A DNA stretch of 64,000 nucleotides from Lingula anatina. Lineage: Eukaryota > Animalia > Brachiopoda. Of the stretch, positions 1 through 13,957 are shown piece by piece (the first letter of the stretch is position 1; each line of letters starts with the position of its first letter). Location: positions 101,721-165,720 of the forward strand of contig CM120648.1 in the NCBI GenBank assembly GCA_051362555.1. The letters are read 5' to 3'. Under the pieces are notes generated by a model. It worked only from the letters and a program-made list of their open reading frames with translations. It was not told the origin of the DNA and made no database searches. A program made the position numbers and the translations under genes.

Positions 1-49
1 CCATTGGAGCAGGTCTATCTAAGTATCTTCTATAGCTCCAATCAGTCAT
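1..49 (-). CDS. Candidate alternative first coding exon of rootletin (MTDWSYRRYLDRPAPM..., runs off the window edge)
   Basis: ATG at 49 with A at -3 (gtaaaATG). The frame is open to the window edge and shares MTDW-x-Y-x-x-Y with the candidate at 906-959. It lies downstream of CROCC exon 2 on the same strand. The donor is not visible. Confidence 0.4.
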   Translation of the reverse strand, partial: MTDWSYRRYLDRPAPM

Positions 50-905
50 TTTACTTCACTCAATACAAACACTCCTGTTCCTCTTAGCACTATATCAGTA
101 ACTTTTAACCTTCTCCTCAACTTTTCTATACTGGGACACCCAATTTTAACAGGTGACACCTTTCCACTGAATGACAATATCTCCCCAGTCAATACTTGAT
201 GGTTTCTGCATGCAATACATCTACCCTAAAGTAAAACCTCTATTTTTTACAGGTGCCACCCCTGTGTTCTCCCACCTGTTCCCCTGTGCTACCCCTCTCT
301 GGCCTCTATGCCACTATAGAATTGGACAGGTGTCCAACACTGGTTGGTTCCACCAAAATCAATATCCGCACCAATAAAATCAATAAGTTGTACTCATTTT
401 CTGTGTCGGCATTTTGTCAATCAATTAAACTCAATTCATAACTAACTGCACATTATTTTCACACTGTGACAAAGGCAGCTGATTTCAGTGCTGATATTGG
501 TACTATGAAGAATGGGTTCTTGGTACCATCAATAACAACCTAATTATCTTCATGTTTATCATAATGAGGTGAGGACTGTTTGCAATCACACTGTTTAAGA
601 ATAGATCAAACAACTTATAAGGTTATCAATCCAACTCTGAGTGAGAGAGAATTCAATCTTAAACTATCTGCACAACTAGGTTTGACTGCATGGTCAATAT
701 AAATGCAAGAATATATGTACTTCTAAAGTGTTGCTTTCAGATAACTGATTAGACTGAGCAAGACAGCCACTATTCACAAAGCCAGTCCTGTTCTATAATT
801 TTCATCAATGCAGCAGAAATATTGACACCAGTTTTAACAGCATCATAAGTATTCTTCCACCTGGTGACAGGGCTAAAATCATTAATATTGAAACATCTTC
901 CATAC

Positions 906-959
906 CTCAGTTGAAAGTCTGCTGGTCTCCACATAGCTTCCGTACTTCCAGTCAGTCAT
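906..959 (-). CDS. Candidate alternative first coding exon of rootletin (MTDWKYGSYVETSRLSTE)
   Basis: aacATG start, 18 codons, then a GAG|gtatgg donor in phase 0, the same phase as the end of CROCC exon 2. N-terminal motif shared with 1-49. Confidence 0.45.
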
Positions 960-3721
960 GTTGCTGGACTCTCTCTGTCACAGTAATAATCCAATGCTAT
1001 CAATCTTTTCAATGCAAACACCACCTAGGAATAACTCCACAGCTCATCAATAGGCAACAGAGATAAGAAAGGTGCGTCGTGAGACAGGATGGCAGAAAAC
1101 AGAACTCGTACAAGAATGCTGACCGGCAAGCACTTCCTCAGGCCAACCTTAAAACTACCAGAACCAAGCTTAGACTTTATAACTAGGGACGCTACAAATG
1201 TTTTTGCCCAGCTCTCTTGAATTGCGGAGAACAATGTATGTAAACCTGTCACCTTTGTGTGCCCACCCTGCGCCATTGTGTGGCAATACTATAAGTACTT
1301 CTATCAACAAGTGTACTACGACGGAGGCCATTCATCCAAACTAACTGCTGTTTATTTTATTGCTCTCACAATGTTACTTATTCTGTGGTGCAAGCTTAGG
1401 CAATATGTTTAGCCATATGTAGCTAGCCAAGCTGATATAAGTAATAGAAATGGTGGAAATTATGAGAAAAATAAGACCATCTCAAGATTTCTCATTTCTC
1501 CTTCCCAGATCTTCACAAAGTAAAATGGACAACTGTTTGATGATACAGGGAACACTTACAATTAACAAGTAACTGGAGAAATGCCGCCAAACTTACAGAA
1601 ATGCTTTAGAAACCATATCTGTGCAATTTATAAAGTGATGAAATCTAAAACCACAAGACCTGAGGACTTTCCCTCTTGTACTGATTGACACTGTTCAGGA
1701 CAAAACTGACCAATAAAGCGACCTGTTGGTGGCCAAACTCACTGGTCTCAGTCATCTTGACCACTGGTGCTTTGGCAATAAGTTCTTTAATTCTAATATT
1801 ATATTCAATTGTGCAAAACATCATAAACAATCATCGTACCCAAATTTGGACAAGATGTTGGTAAAATTAGAGAGAAACTATCTTCCTCACAAGAAATCCC
1901 ATATCTGTATAAACAAAAGAAAGTAAATCTGCCAAAAGAGGAGAAAGAACTCCATCTCCAAAAGTTCCATAACTCTGCAATACCGACAACCTGCCCATTC
2001 CATCCAATTTCCGTCTCTGCCTTTACCTCTTCCTGGCCAATGCCACCCTAAGCCTTGCCTTACAACCAAGTCTTATGTATGTTTACTTGAATTAATACAG
2101 AGCAAGGATTATATAGCTAGCGGACATGACTTTAATCGGCTTTGCTATCTAACCCACAACCACTTGATTATTCTATCTCATATTGTATGACACCAGAGCC
2201 TGTGTCAATAGCCTCTAGACCTGTTATAATGTATTTTATTGATAGAAACTTGGAAAGGTACTTGTAAGAAGATTAAAGGACAATACAAATGTTGTTTTTA
2301 TCATGGTTTACCAAAAGCACAGAATCAATTACATATATACTTTGTTCAGCTTTACTTTTACAATTAATGCTAAATTCAATACTATGCAACTGACTTCTGA
2401 TCATAGGTACCTGGATTTGGATTTAACTCTGTGAAATGACAGACAATTCCTATTTTTTCATGCAACAAAAAGGACAACCAAGTACTTTTTGGGATGAAAA
2501 GAAGCCTTTTTGTTAAATTCAGTAGCAATTGCTTTTGGTTCCTCTGTTGCAAATTACTTTACAATGACATAGCCAAGAAAAATCATTTAAACTTTAAAAT
2601 ATCCCCTTCCCCTCATAATATGACTCTCAATGCCTAAGGTCAAAGTTAACTTTCACTAATCAAAATCTTTTTCAACTTACCTTTGATACACTTGCTGTTT
2701 GATCTTTAATCTTTGACTACATGACAGAAATTCACAAATAACTGTTTTGATATAAAGTCATTACTTTCTTGTGCAATTTCTTTTTACATCAAATCCAGTT
2801 AATAAATTTCCATTGAACTGTGACCCAAACATGTAAACCATCACATGGATAAAGTACTGATATGTGTAAAGCTATCCAGCAGAAAATTAAATTATCATTA
2901 GTCCAGAAAAACAATATATAACAGGTCAGGGAGCTTTACATGTTATTTCTATGGGCTGGACAGAGAATGCATTGAAAACACTGTACAACATGGCCTGGCA
3001 GCTGAAAATTATATATGTGACAAAGGGGTGGGGTTGGTGTGGTGTGGTAGGGTGCGGTGGGGTGTGGTGGGGTTAGTGGGGTGGGGTTGGTGGGATGGGT
3101 GGGTGGGAGGTACAGAGAAGCTTCATAAAACAACCAAAATCCACCAGATGCTCATGAGCTGCCTATTGCATAGAAATACAAGATGAGCCCTTTTTTCTTA
3201 CATAAGTTCCAGAACTTCACTCTCTTGCTAGAACACATTAACAAGAGACATCATAAATTAGCAACATGCAAACATCTTATTATTGACTTTCAATTGATAA
3301 AGCATCATTACATCTATCACTTTATAATGTGGTAATGTAAAACTAAAGCACCTGCGCATAAAGCTGAAGTTTTCACTCATCACTCAGAAATTAGTCTGGT
3401 ATTTGCCTTATCACTTAGTGTAAGTACATGTAACACAAAGTGATTCCAATCATCTCAGTTTAGTTTGTGTTCACTAATCAATTCTCTCACTTCCCCAGCA
3501 GACCAGTGTACTGAATAATTCATACATGCCTCACCTGTCCATTCTATATCTAGACAGCTGTTCACACAGTTCATGTCTGGGACGAGACTGAACCGAGTTG
3601 AGTCAGTGGTTTGTGATCTGTAACGTATTTTATATTTCAGGTCCCTGGTTTCATGTAAAAACTATTTCTTACTAAACAACACTCAGTTGCCATGATATTT
3701 GATCCTGAAGGAGGCAAGTCT

Positions 3722-3930
3722 GTGTTATGTTGTGTCAAGCTGTGAAGTTGTGTTGTGTTGTATCACATTGTGTTGTGTTGTGCTGCAATGTGACATTCCA
3801 TGTTGCACTGTATTATGCTGTGTTGCATTGTGTTGTATCATGTTGTGTTGTGCTGAATTACATTGTTATTTTGTATTATGTTGTACTGTATCATACTATT
3901 GGTGTTGTATTATGCTGTGTTGTGCTGTGA
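3722..3930. repeat. Degenerate (TGTTG/TGCTG)n simple repeat
   Basis: Pentamer-periodic tgttg/tgctg/tgtat run. It explains the Cys/Val-rich spurious ORFs. Confidence 0.8.
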
Positions 3931-4220
3931 AGTATTTTGTTATATGTGAGAGAACAGCATCCTAGGATAACATTACTTGCACATGGCGCACTGTCTTTAT
4001 AGAACCAGTCAACGCAGTCCAGGATCACTGTCCAGCCACTATGGCTTGAATTATGACGTATGTGAATGTCCCCTGTCATTACAGTACACATAGTCATGTT
4101 GTCTATACAAACACTTCGCCTTTACAACAGAGAGGTAGAAATTGATTGCGAGCCCAGTGATCTGCCCTGGCTTTACTCGGACTACAAGGAAAGTTCTTCT
4201 TTGCTGTTGGCAGCAAGTTA

Positions 4221-4793
4221 AGCCCCTATTTCACACAGACCACGAATCCCACGAATGGCAATGAATTGACAAATTTCACGATTCGTGGTTGAATCGTAAA
4301 CAGTTCGTGAAGTTCTTAACAGATTCGTATCTATTCTTGTCAGTTCTTGCACTTCTTGACCAACAGGAATTGGTGGCAAAAACTTTGATGCCCCTATTTC
4401 ACACAGACCACGAATCCCATGAATCGCCAGGAATTAAAAATTCCGGATTCGTGGTTGAATCGTAATCAGTTCGTGAAGTTCTTAGCAGATTCGTATATAA
4501 TCGTAGTCAGTTATTGCAATTCTTGATCAATCGGGAATTCGTGGCAAAAATTTTGAGCTGTTCAAAGTTTAGGCCACGAACTCCCGATTCCAAAAAATCG
4601 TGGTGAATTTCTGGACAATATTCGTGCAATTCCAACCGTATCCCAAGAATATTCGTAACACTATCGCACCTGTATCGTAACTGAATCGTGAGCGTGTCGA
4701 ATTAGACCAGAAAATTGGCAAAATCTCACGAATCCTGAAATTTGTCAATTCCTGGCGATTCGTGGGATTCGTGGTCTGTGTGAAATAGGGGCC
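4221..4793. mobile_element. PIF/Harbinger-type MITE with duplicated left end
   Basis: Long TIRs (a/g)gcccctatttcacacagaccacgaatcccacgaat at 4221 and inverted ending at 4793. TTA flanks both sides (4218-4220, 4794-4796). A second copy of the left ~170 bp starts at 4390. Confidence 0.85.
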
Positions 4794-6821
4794 TTACAGA
4801 GAAAGGATCAAACCCTCAGAAGAAAATCAGGCAGGAGTACAAGAATGTTAAAATCCCCATGAGAATCCAAGGCAATTTAGATGTAGTAAAAAGAAATCAA
4901 AACTGTTTAAACTGCTGGGGTTGCACTAAAAGGGAAAGAGTGCCCATTTTTTTTTCTTAATTTTTCATTCGTCGAGGAAAAATTAGTTAAGAGGCTTTGG
5001 TACCTGAGATCGACCACTTTAACATTTCTGCCGTTTTATGAAAGGCGATAATACGATGCTAACTTCTCCCCTTTTTAAGATTTGATGTAAAAACTGTTAC
5101 CTACTAACTGAACTGCAACTGGACAATAACTTACTGATGAAATAGCATGAACACATAAAATTATATGTAATTGTTTGTATAATATCCCTCCTGATCTCAC
5201 AACCACCCTTTACCCTTCTCTCTTCTTTCCTCAGCCTCTCTCACTCCCCTCCCCTTCTCTTCCTCTCTCAAACACCAAAAAGATCAAATTACCTAAAATC
5301 ACTAACTAAGAGCACAAAACTACATGAATAAGTAAATTATAACATCTTTACTGCCAAGTGAACTCCTAGGCAACAATCAAAACAATCCAACACTAAGTCT
5401 TTCACCCTGAAAAATTAACTTGTCACTGCCCCTCAGCCTTTTAATGTCAAACAAATAAAGCTGTCAACTATTATGATGTCAGCAATCTAACAACAAACCC
5501 CCTGTATATCTGACACTGCATGGGAGTGATGGCTCAATACAGGAATGAATTTCAGTTTATAGGTCTCAAATCAGTACTTTACTAGACAAACCTGAAGAAG
5601 TTTTAAAATTCTACTTGTTCATAATCTGGGAGTATAATTTTATGGACTTATTTAAAAGATAAATCTTCAAATATTCTAAAAAAGAGATGTATATTAAATC
5701 TATAGTTAATTCCCATTGTACAATCATTGAGTGAGCTCAACTGGACAGCCCACCTTATGCCGAACGTTAACTCACTTTTCTTTGCAAATGTAATTTCTTT
5801 AATTTTCCAACAATTTAGTCATCATTTTTTATAACCTGAAATGCAAAATTTAAACATTTTGAACAGTACCAACAGAAAACTGTATTCATTAAATTTTGGC
5901 TTATTACAGATTACTGTTGAAATGTTTAAATTGGTTTAAACACAGTTAGAAGGCGTCTTACAGTTACCTATCTGACTGTAGCAGACAATACAATGAATAG
6001 TATATCCTAGACTTAGTCAGTTATATGTCATTATAACTGTCATACTACACAATACCTCACCTGGCTTTCCACTGATTGCATGAGACCTGATGTATGTTAT
6101 CATGTTCTACATGAACAGGTTTGAATGGACTGATAATTGAACATGCTTTTCAACAAAAAAGATATGTCACAAGTGTCAGGCTGAGAGACTTTTAGCAGAA
6201 GCTAAAGAGATGTTTTATTTCCTGCATATGTTAGTTAAAACAGCCTTTAACATACCTCAAAAAGGAGTTTTTTTAGTTTCAGTTTCCTGAGATCTAAGTA
6301 CAACTTATTCAGCTTCAGTGTTATTCACACCAAGCTGAAGAGTTTGACACCTACACAATACACCCATCTCCAGTCAAATGTTTTTTTTTTTCATGTGGCA
6401 CTTTTCATCTACATCAAATCAATTAAACATATGCACTCTTTTCAATCAGCTAATGATCCACTTCTTATAAGATGAATTAACACACCTTCGTTCTCTTCTA
6501 CTAATTAACTTATCTCCTCATTAAATTAACCAAAGATGATTTTCATTAACAACCATAGTGTTATTCAAATCCTGTGCATAACTGGGTCTATACAAAGGGG
6601 GGATGAATAATTAAAAGTAAACCACATTCTTGTTATTAATAATGCACTTTCCTGTTCAGTTCAATTTGTATGTACAAACAATAGCTCTTTACATAATATG
6701 TACAGCACTACCTGGTGGGTATTCTACTAGGTTGAAGTCATATTGATGAAAGCTACTGATTCAAGGTGAGTGCCATAATTCTTTCAGTCACCTATATACC
6801 CCCCCCCCCAAAAAAAAAAAT

Positions 6822-6852
<31 letters not shown>

Positions 6853-6915
6853 TCTTACTGCATATCATTGAATAATAGTGTACCGGGTTTAACAGAGGCT
6901 AGCATGCATGCGCGT

Positions 6916-6966
<51 letters not shown>

Positions 6967-7706
6967 GGGAACTTTAAACAAAATCAAGTATTACAGTAAT
7001 AACACCCACTCACCTGTATCTAAATGGATAAATTGCATGTGAAAAGACTTAAAGTTACCAATTAGGACTCTGCTATTAATCCTAATCCCCCCGAGTATTA
7101 AGTCAGATTAATGCATTACTGTAGATCAGGAGAAATAGCACAGGTAGACCCTATGAGGAATTACCTTCTTAGTTTATACTAACTAGTAAGGATTTAAAGG
7201 GAAACATTGGATTATTAAGAATCAATGTACAATTTGTGACTACTAGTACTTTAAGTCTTCAGCTTGGTTTTCCCATGATTGTACATAAGATGTAAACTTT
7301 TCATTACCATGATGTAACCTTTCCCCTTTCTCCCTTTTTTTTTACCATTTTGGCATTAAGAGGAGTTTCCTCAATGTTATTCAACATTATTTCATTTTTA
7401 GAAAATCTATTTAAAAAGATCCAGTTTCCATTACTTGCATTTAAAATACACAGCAAAACTGGTGGTCTTTTAGTAGATCTTGATCATGACCCTTGTGACA
7501 ATAAACAGGTTCAAATTGGTCCTTTTGGCTGACCGTAAGTTAATTTTTTTTTAATTTTAAAGTTTCCCTGCTGCTGTACTTAAAACCTGTCAATTGAGTG
7601 GAGTATCAGAACATATTAGGCAACATAAAAAAAATAATTTAAATGTTGCCTTACAGTTAATCTCAACATGAAGGCAAAATAAAAATGATATAAAAACCAA
7701 GCTCAC

Positions 7707-9212
7707 CCTTTCACTCAGAGCATTATACTTGATCCCTATCTCGTCTCTCTCTGCTCTGCTCGACGCTAGGAGATCCTCCACACGATTCAGCTCCGCCTGG
7801 AGCATACGATTCTCCTCTCTCAGCTGCTCGGCTGATGGTTGCGACATTGTTCCTGGTTCTGGCAGTTGTTCCTCAGCAGTTAAGTTCTTGGTGATGATCT
7901 CCCGGATGCGTGCGGGGACCTTCGCCGATGGGCTGTCCTCTGTCTCTTTAAAGGTGTAAGGTTCTGTGCTGCTCTTAAGTACAGTGTCTTCTAGTTTCTG
8001 AAACACATAAAATTCAAGATGTGTTAATATGAAATGTCAAATGTGTCATTGTGTGAAAGTCCATTCCTCCTTTAAAAAATGATCATTTATCAGACTTCAG
8101 ACTGCAAACAATTGTCAATCCACAATAAATGCATCAGCTTACAGCAACTGACTACATACTACAATTGCAAGTGGTCATCTACTACTAGTACATTAACTGT
8201 TGTGTTCCATGCCATCATACTGACCACAGCAATGGTCAGAACGGTCAGCCTGGAACCGTATGTTTAATTGTGTTGGGGCAGAACATATTTAAATCCAAAG
8301 AAAACTCTATATGAGTAAATCCAATACTAGTATGTTAGAATTCAACACTGAACTTTCTAGTTAGATTTTTCCAGTCTTTGGGGCCATTTATATTTTGGTG
8401 TACACGCCCAAACGTCAAGGGTCCTACTTGTACCTTGATTTCCACAGAACAAAACCCCTGTTTAAGAGACTCTCTTCAGCAATAGACTGAGTGCAATCAA
8501 GTAATTGTCCAGCCACATGTCGCCATATCTATCTCCTGAACTACTAAGACACTAGTACACTGTATTACCTGTATTGTCCAGGGAATTCCCTCTCCCCCCC
8601 CCCCCACCCCAGTCTTAATTTCAAGTACTATACCATTACCTGATTAAGGAGATATACATATATTTATCTTAATTTTGTCATATTAAGTCAGGCTGACAGC
8701 AAGCACCATATGTAACACAAGAAGAACATGTTCCTGCTAAAGAAAGATTGCAATATCTCTTGCAGTATTAGAATCTGAACACACAGCAGTGAAGACCATT
8801 GTCTTCATCACAGCTACAACTCTTATGTTTTCCCATGTAACCATCAATGAACAAAGAAAAAAAGCCATCAAACATGTCATATTTCATTGTGAACCTGTGG
8901 CTTATTACAAAGGGGCACAAAGACAAATATAATGACTTACTCTATATGATAATAATTATTGTATTATATAAGAGACGGCAGGTGAACATGACTGCTATAC
9001 ACAGGAGAGGTAAAGGAAGTCTTCTCATAGCTCTTTCTATTACACAGCAGGATCCCTGTCTTTGTCCTTTACTCATTTCACTATTGTACACTGAGACAAT
9101 GGAAGATTACAAGGCAGATTTTTACCTTTTGTAAGTCCATATTTTCATCAGTTTTAATTTATGAAAATTTGGGCATTAATAGGGAAAGCAGATGCATTGA
9201 TTTTAACCCCCC

Positions 9213-9265
<53 letters not shown>

Positions 9266-11015
9266 GGGAAAAAATAAAATTCCCCTGTTAGGTTCACTAT
9301 AGCAAAAAATCAGCAAAATATTCTAAGCAAGTTACTAGTAATATTCTAACTAACTGCTAACTTGCATCAGTTATGTTAATATAGTGATTATTCAAATAAC
9401 AATTTTCATAAGATCTGATCATTCTTTTATGCAAGTCAGCATGCAATCCACAAATTACCATCACTCTTTACTTTTTATCTTTTCTCTGAGTCAAGTAGAG
9501 AGAGGGAGATACATCATTTGTTTCTTATTGAATTTGATGCAAATATAGATGACATTTTGTCAAATATTGTTTTTCCTTCTTTCTTAGAATCAAATATTTT
9601 TACTTCCCCTCTGACATTGTCTTCAAGGAAAAGCTTCCAGTGATAAAACTATCAAACCCAAAAGAAATTCTGGCACGCTTTCTTCTGACCTGACTATTAA
9701 ATGTAGAAATACAGATGATATCTTTCACTTTGGTTCTCAATTTTTCAAAATAAAATACTAATTAATGACTCAATTACTTACTACTGTTGTCCTGTTTTTC
9801 CTCCATTCTCACTAGGACTGTTAAAAATTCAAATTTGGAAACGTAAACTATTTTGGCATTTTTTACTTGGTATTGTATACAAATCCAGGTCTTGTTCTTT
9901 GCTCCCCAGTGCTCTATGTAGAACATAACCTCTAACCTTATGTAGATAGGAAACAGCCTTGAAAACAGCTGAAATGCACTCAAAAAACAGAAAGGTGCCT
10001 AATCCATGACAGTTACTCTGTAAAAAATATTTTCAGGGTGTGAAACTGATTAATTCTTTTATTCTTGTTTTTCCATGCCTGGAGATGAAAAGCAGCCTGT
10101 AATAAATTGAGAAATTTTTCATACTTGATGTGGAAGGGACAGAATAATTGAAAACATTGGGATAACAACTGTCTTAGCTACAACTTCAATTACTGGCAAT
10201 GGTAAAATATTTAACAGTAATGCCGTTGAGGAAGGGGGAACTGACAGTCATTGAATGTTCTAAGTGAGCTTGAATTCATGTTGTGAGAATGCCAAATATA
10301 GTTCATTTCCAATACATATTTCTCTTTATAGCCAACTAGTAAATACTTTGAATTGCAATAACAAGACACTTTTCTTTTCAGACCTCCACCAATTTAAAAC
10401 TGAGAAACTCCTCTGTTCACCATACAGTGATGACATGTTCATGACATGGAATTACCTTTCATCTGTTTGTAGAAGGTACTTAACTTCTACCCATACGTTG
10501 ATTTACAGCATATTTGTCACATGACAGGACTTGAGGGAGCGATTATACACTTTTATTACCAAACATATCACACTTTCATTGCCTCAAGTGACAGTGACGT
10601 ATCTATTAATGACTCCAGCAAACACAAAACGGGAGACATTAAAACTGATAAACTTATCAAACTTTCATCTGACAGCTGTCAGTCCTTTTTTTTCTTTTTT
10701 TTTTGGGGGGGGGGGGGGTGGGGGGAGGAAAAGGGAGGACATATCATTCAAGCAAGGCAACTTTTTAAAGACATTAAATGAGTTTTCTACATGTGAGGCC
10801 TGGCATTTCAACCACTTTAAGTTTTACCATCATGAAAAACCAACCATAGATACTACTAACCACATGGATATGGCAAAACAAAACACTCATTCTGAGTATC
10901 AAAGTTAACTGGTAACAAAACTCTTAAACTCTAGCTGCAGATTACAGGACCATGTTATGATTTCTGAGAGCATGGCATTTGTCCACTATAATGTGCATGT
11001 GTTTGTGTGCGCGCT

Positions 11016-11046
<31 letters not shown>

Positions 11047-12145
11047 GGTAGCAACTTCTTGCATACAACCTAGAACAGTGACATGTCCAAGGATTAAAAT
11101 GAATGAGACAAGTTGAATTGATCAATGCATGGGAGTGGTTTATCTGTACAGAAAGTATGTTTATAAGTCGTAATAAGGACAAAAAAGTAATGTAGTTATT
11201 TTATATATTTTAATGTAGTTCTTAATAATAAAGTTGCATGATACACAGATTGTATTTATATACAGGTCCTTTTGAAGGGACTCTCATTGGTGATAGCTGA
11301 CACCTGATCTGAAGAAGATTACATAATTCTCCTCTGCCAGAAAGTAAAGTGGGGGGCATAACTGGACATTCTCTTGTTCTTGAAAACAGAGACAGAAAAA
11401 CAAGAATTGTTTCTGATGTATTGTCACACTGCAAGCTGACACTGATGACCCAAGTTCTGTAGCACTATAACTGCTGTGCTTGAGGTGCTAGATCAACTGT
11501 ATTTATGTTACCTGTGTAAATAGAGATGACAAAACTAGTACTACACCCAACTCTCCCTCTCTGCGCTCTTTCCATTTCTCAACTTCATACTACCTTAACA
11601 GCCAATAATACAGTGAAAAAAGTACTTTTTCAATATTTCACTGTTGCATTGATTTTTTTTCTAATATGAGCTGGTATATATGAAAAATCTGTGGCAAAAT
11701 AATATTGATGAAAGGCAAATAAATCCATGCACTCTGTACGTAATGAAGGCTCTGAAACAATTCTGCACTGCTTTCTTTTCATATAGAAAGGCATTGGTCT
11801 TTTTCTACTCTTGTTACGGCAATGTATGTTCTCATTTAAGGATCATCGACCTAGGAGGCAGGTAATTTGTAAACAATGTATCTACATCGATTACAAAGTA
11901 AAAGACCGGATGAAAGAATTTGGCCTGCGATCGATACAAAGTATCAAACTGTAGCCACAATTACAAACTCATAGCTCACGCAAGTCTTAACAAACCAGTT
12001 GCTTTTAAATTATTCAAGCCGCTAAATTCTTCGTGTCACGATATAAACAGTGATGCTAAACTTCTGGTCGATTTTAACGAAGCAAACCAAAACAAATCAC
12101 CTGTATTACTCTTTCAAGGCGATGATCGCGTTCCTCGGAGCTCAT
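7707..12145 (-). CDS. CROCC: Rootletin (ciliary rootlet coiled-coil protein), first two coding exons; gene continues toward and beyond the left edge
   Basis: Exon 1 12145-12101 MSSEERDHRLERVIQ|gt. Exon 2 7997-7707 KLEDTVL...VPARIREIITKNL...REENRMLQAELNRVEDLLASSRAERDEIGIKYNALSER|gt. This matches the rootletin N-terminus as I recall it (LETVIQ-LESSVL, LPALIREIVTRNL, ELSRVEDLLAQSRAERDELAIKYNAVSER). Both introns are phase 0. Confidence 0.9.
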
Positions 12146-12269
12146 GAGGGTTCCTCGTGCAGCGAGGTTCGTGCAGTCTTTCCGACTCTCGCACCGCTGT
12201 TCAGTGCTTGATGTCGGTTTTCAGTGAAATCAGCAACTCTGCTCTAGTTGTAAATTTCAAACTTGAGAG

Positions 12270-12620
12270 CGCTCAGTAAGATGGCGTCTCTCACACGCTG
12301 TCGAAAAAACTAGGTCAACTTTACGCTAACCGGCTCTTGGTTGTTTCTCGTGCCCGGTAAACTGACAAGTCCCCTGGGTGTTCGTATGGCCAAAAATGAG
12401 ATCCCCGGAGTACCGTGAGGGGAGGGTGAGAGAGGCCTGGCTTACAGAGTCGCTCCAGGCGTGCAAGCTTCAGCAAGTAGCACTCCGCGCCGCCAAGAGT
12501 GGTCTTCCGGGTTGACGACTTTCATTGGACCAGCGTGGCCAGGGGGCGGGGACTGACGCGACCCCCCGCAACGGTTTAAGACTTTAGCGTCGGTCGTTGC
12601 CAGGCAGCGAGCCGATTAAA
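12270..12620. promoter_or_regulatory. CpG-rich promoter region of rootletin with YY1-like, CCAAT, GC-box and RFX X-box-like motifs
   Basis: Local CpG enrichment upstream of the ATG. AAGATGGCG ~12278, ATTGG ~12524, GGGGCGGGG ~12543, GTTGCCAGGCAGC 12596-12608. Confidence 0.55.
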
Positions 12621-13845
12621 GTTGCTGAGTACGTTTTCTTACAAGGATTAAGGTTCAAGTTAATCAAAGATACTGAAACGATTTATTTTCTCGTATTAAA
12701 ACAAGGGTTAAAAGATGTCAGCGTTAGAGTCTACCCTAATGCCAAGCGAGGCGTCAGTATCAACTTAAAATGAAGCAAGGTGAACCAAACGCCATGCATA
12801 AATAATGACGACTAAACGATAACCGACAGAGCTTAACACATTGATCATGCAAAATGCTCATAGATTAAAATATAATTTATTGAGCGTGCTTTGCCGGTCT
12901 TTTACCGCGATAAGATTACGTCACACCGGTGAGTCGTTCGATCACAGTACGTTAACTATCCACTGCACAGCCCTCAAAGATGGGAGCCGAGCCCCAAACC
13001 AGGATAACAAGACTTATATATGCTTACGTTATTCTTGTTCCAATGCCGATATTTCGAAGGAAATTGAAAAGTGGATAGCGTTTAAGAAAAGTGCACGTCA
13101 GCGCACCCAGACCATGGCATAAAATATTTAAATAGCCCACTCTTACTGTTCATCAATGCTTAAAGTAATTACGTTTATTTGGCTTACATGTAATTGTTGT
13201 TTTTCGTTCTTTTATAGACTATGTTTTCTCAAGACACAAAATTGTGTTTTTCTAGCTGAGAATATAAACACGGAGCTGCGTTTAAAGTCCCATTCAATTA
13301 TTAAAGTGCCTGTAAAAGGCAGCTCGGCTACTGCTACAGAACCACAATGTGTAGTGCAACCAATTCTGACTACTGTATATATGAGTATTGATCAAATCTA
13401 TGAGAATGATATGTTAGTTCTGCGGTCTTTATACGGGAAGTGCAACAAAAACAACAAGTAAAATAGGTAGACCTGAGGACCCCCATGTTGACTTTGAACA
13501 TACCGTGGATTTCTTTTACAAATCTGACATTTTTTATACTCGTGCAGTTGATAACATACACCTTATTATTGTTAATTATTGTGATTCTAAACGCACTTAC
13601 AGCACCATTATTTAAACTTCAAGGTTTAATATAAAACAGCTGCTTTCTAGAGTTTGTGTGGTCTAAAAATTAGCGTCCCCATTCATGCTCTTTCAAGTTT
13701 TTTATAAACGAATTATAAGAGCATAAATCCGCTGTGCAATATGCATGTGACCCAAAGTTGGTTAGGTTGTTCGTAGGCAAAGGTCTGGCAATGAAGTATT
13801 AGTTAGAAATCAAAACTTTTAAAGTTAATTGTTCATATACATATT

Positions 13846-13890
<45 letters not shown>

Positions 13891-13957
13891 TTTTTTTTTT
13901 TTTGACAAATTTGAATAATTTATATTCAAGACCCAACAACTTCTTGACCATTATGAG

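Noticed and set aside
1025-2070. Short ORFs and coding-like composition suggesting an old retroelement
   Set aside because: No identifiable RT, endonuclease or transposase motif.
3026-3110. G-rich tract as a functional G-quadruplex
   Set aside because: Degenerate (GGGGT/GGTGT)n simple repeat with no supporting context.
3699-3965. Cys-rich ORFs resembling metallothionein or keratin-associated proteins
   Set aside because: They are translations of a degenerate TGTTG simple repeat.
3531-7045. Further short ATG...CAG|GTGAG candidates on the minus strand (~3540, ~6061, ~7014) as rootletin first exons
   Set aside because: Two are in the wrong phase and one has a weak start context. None shares the MTDW motif, and CAGGTG is also a common E-box.
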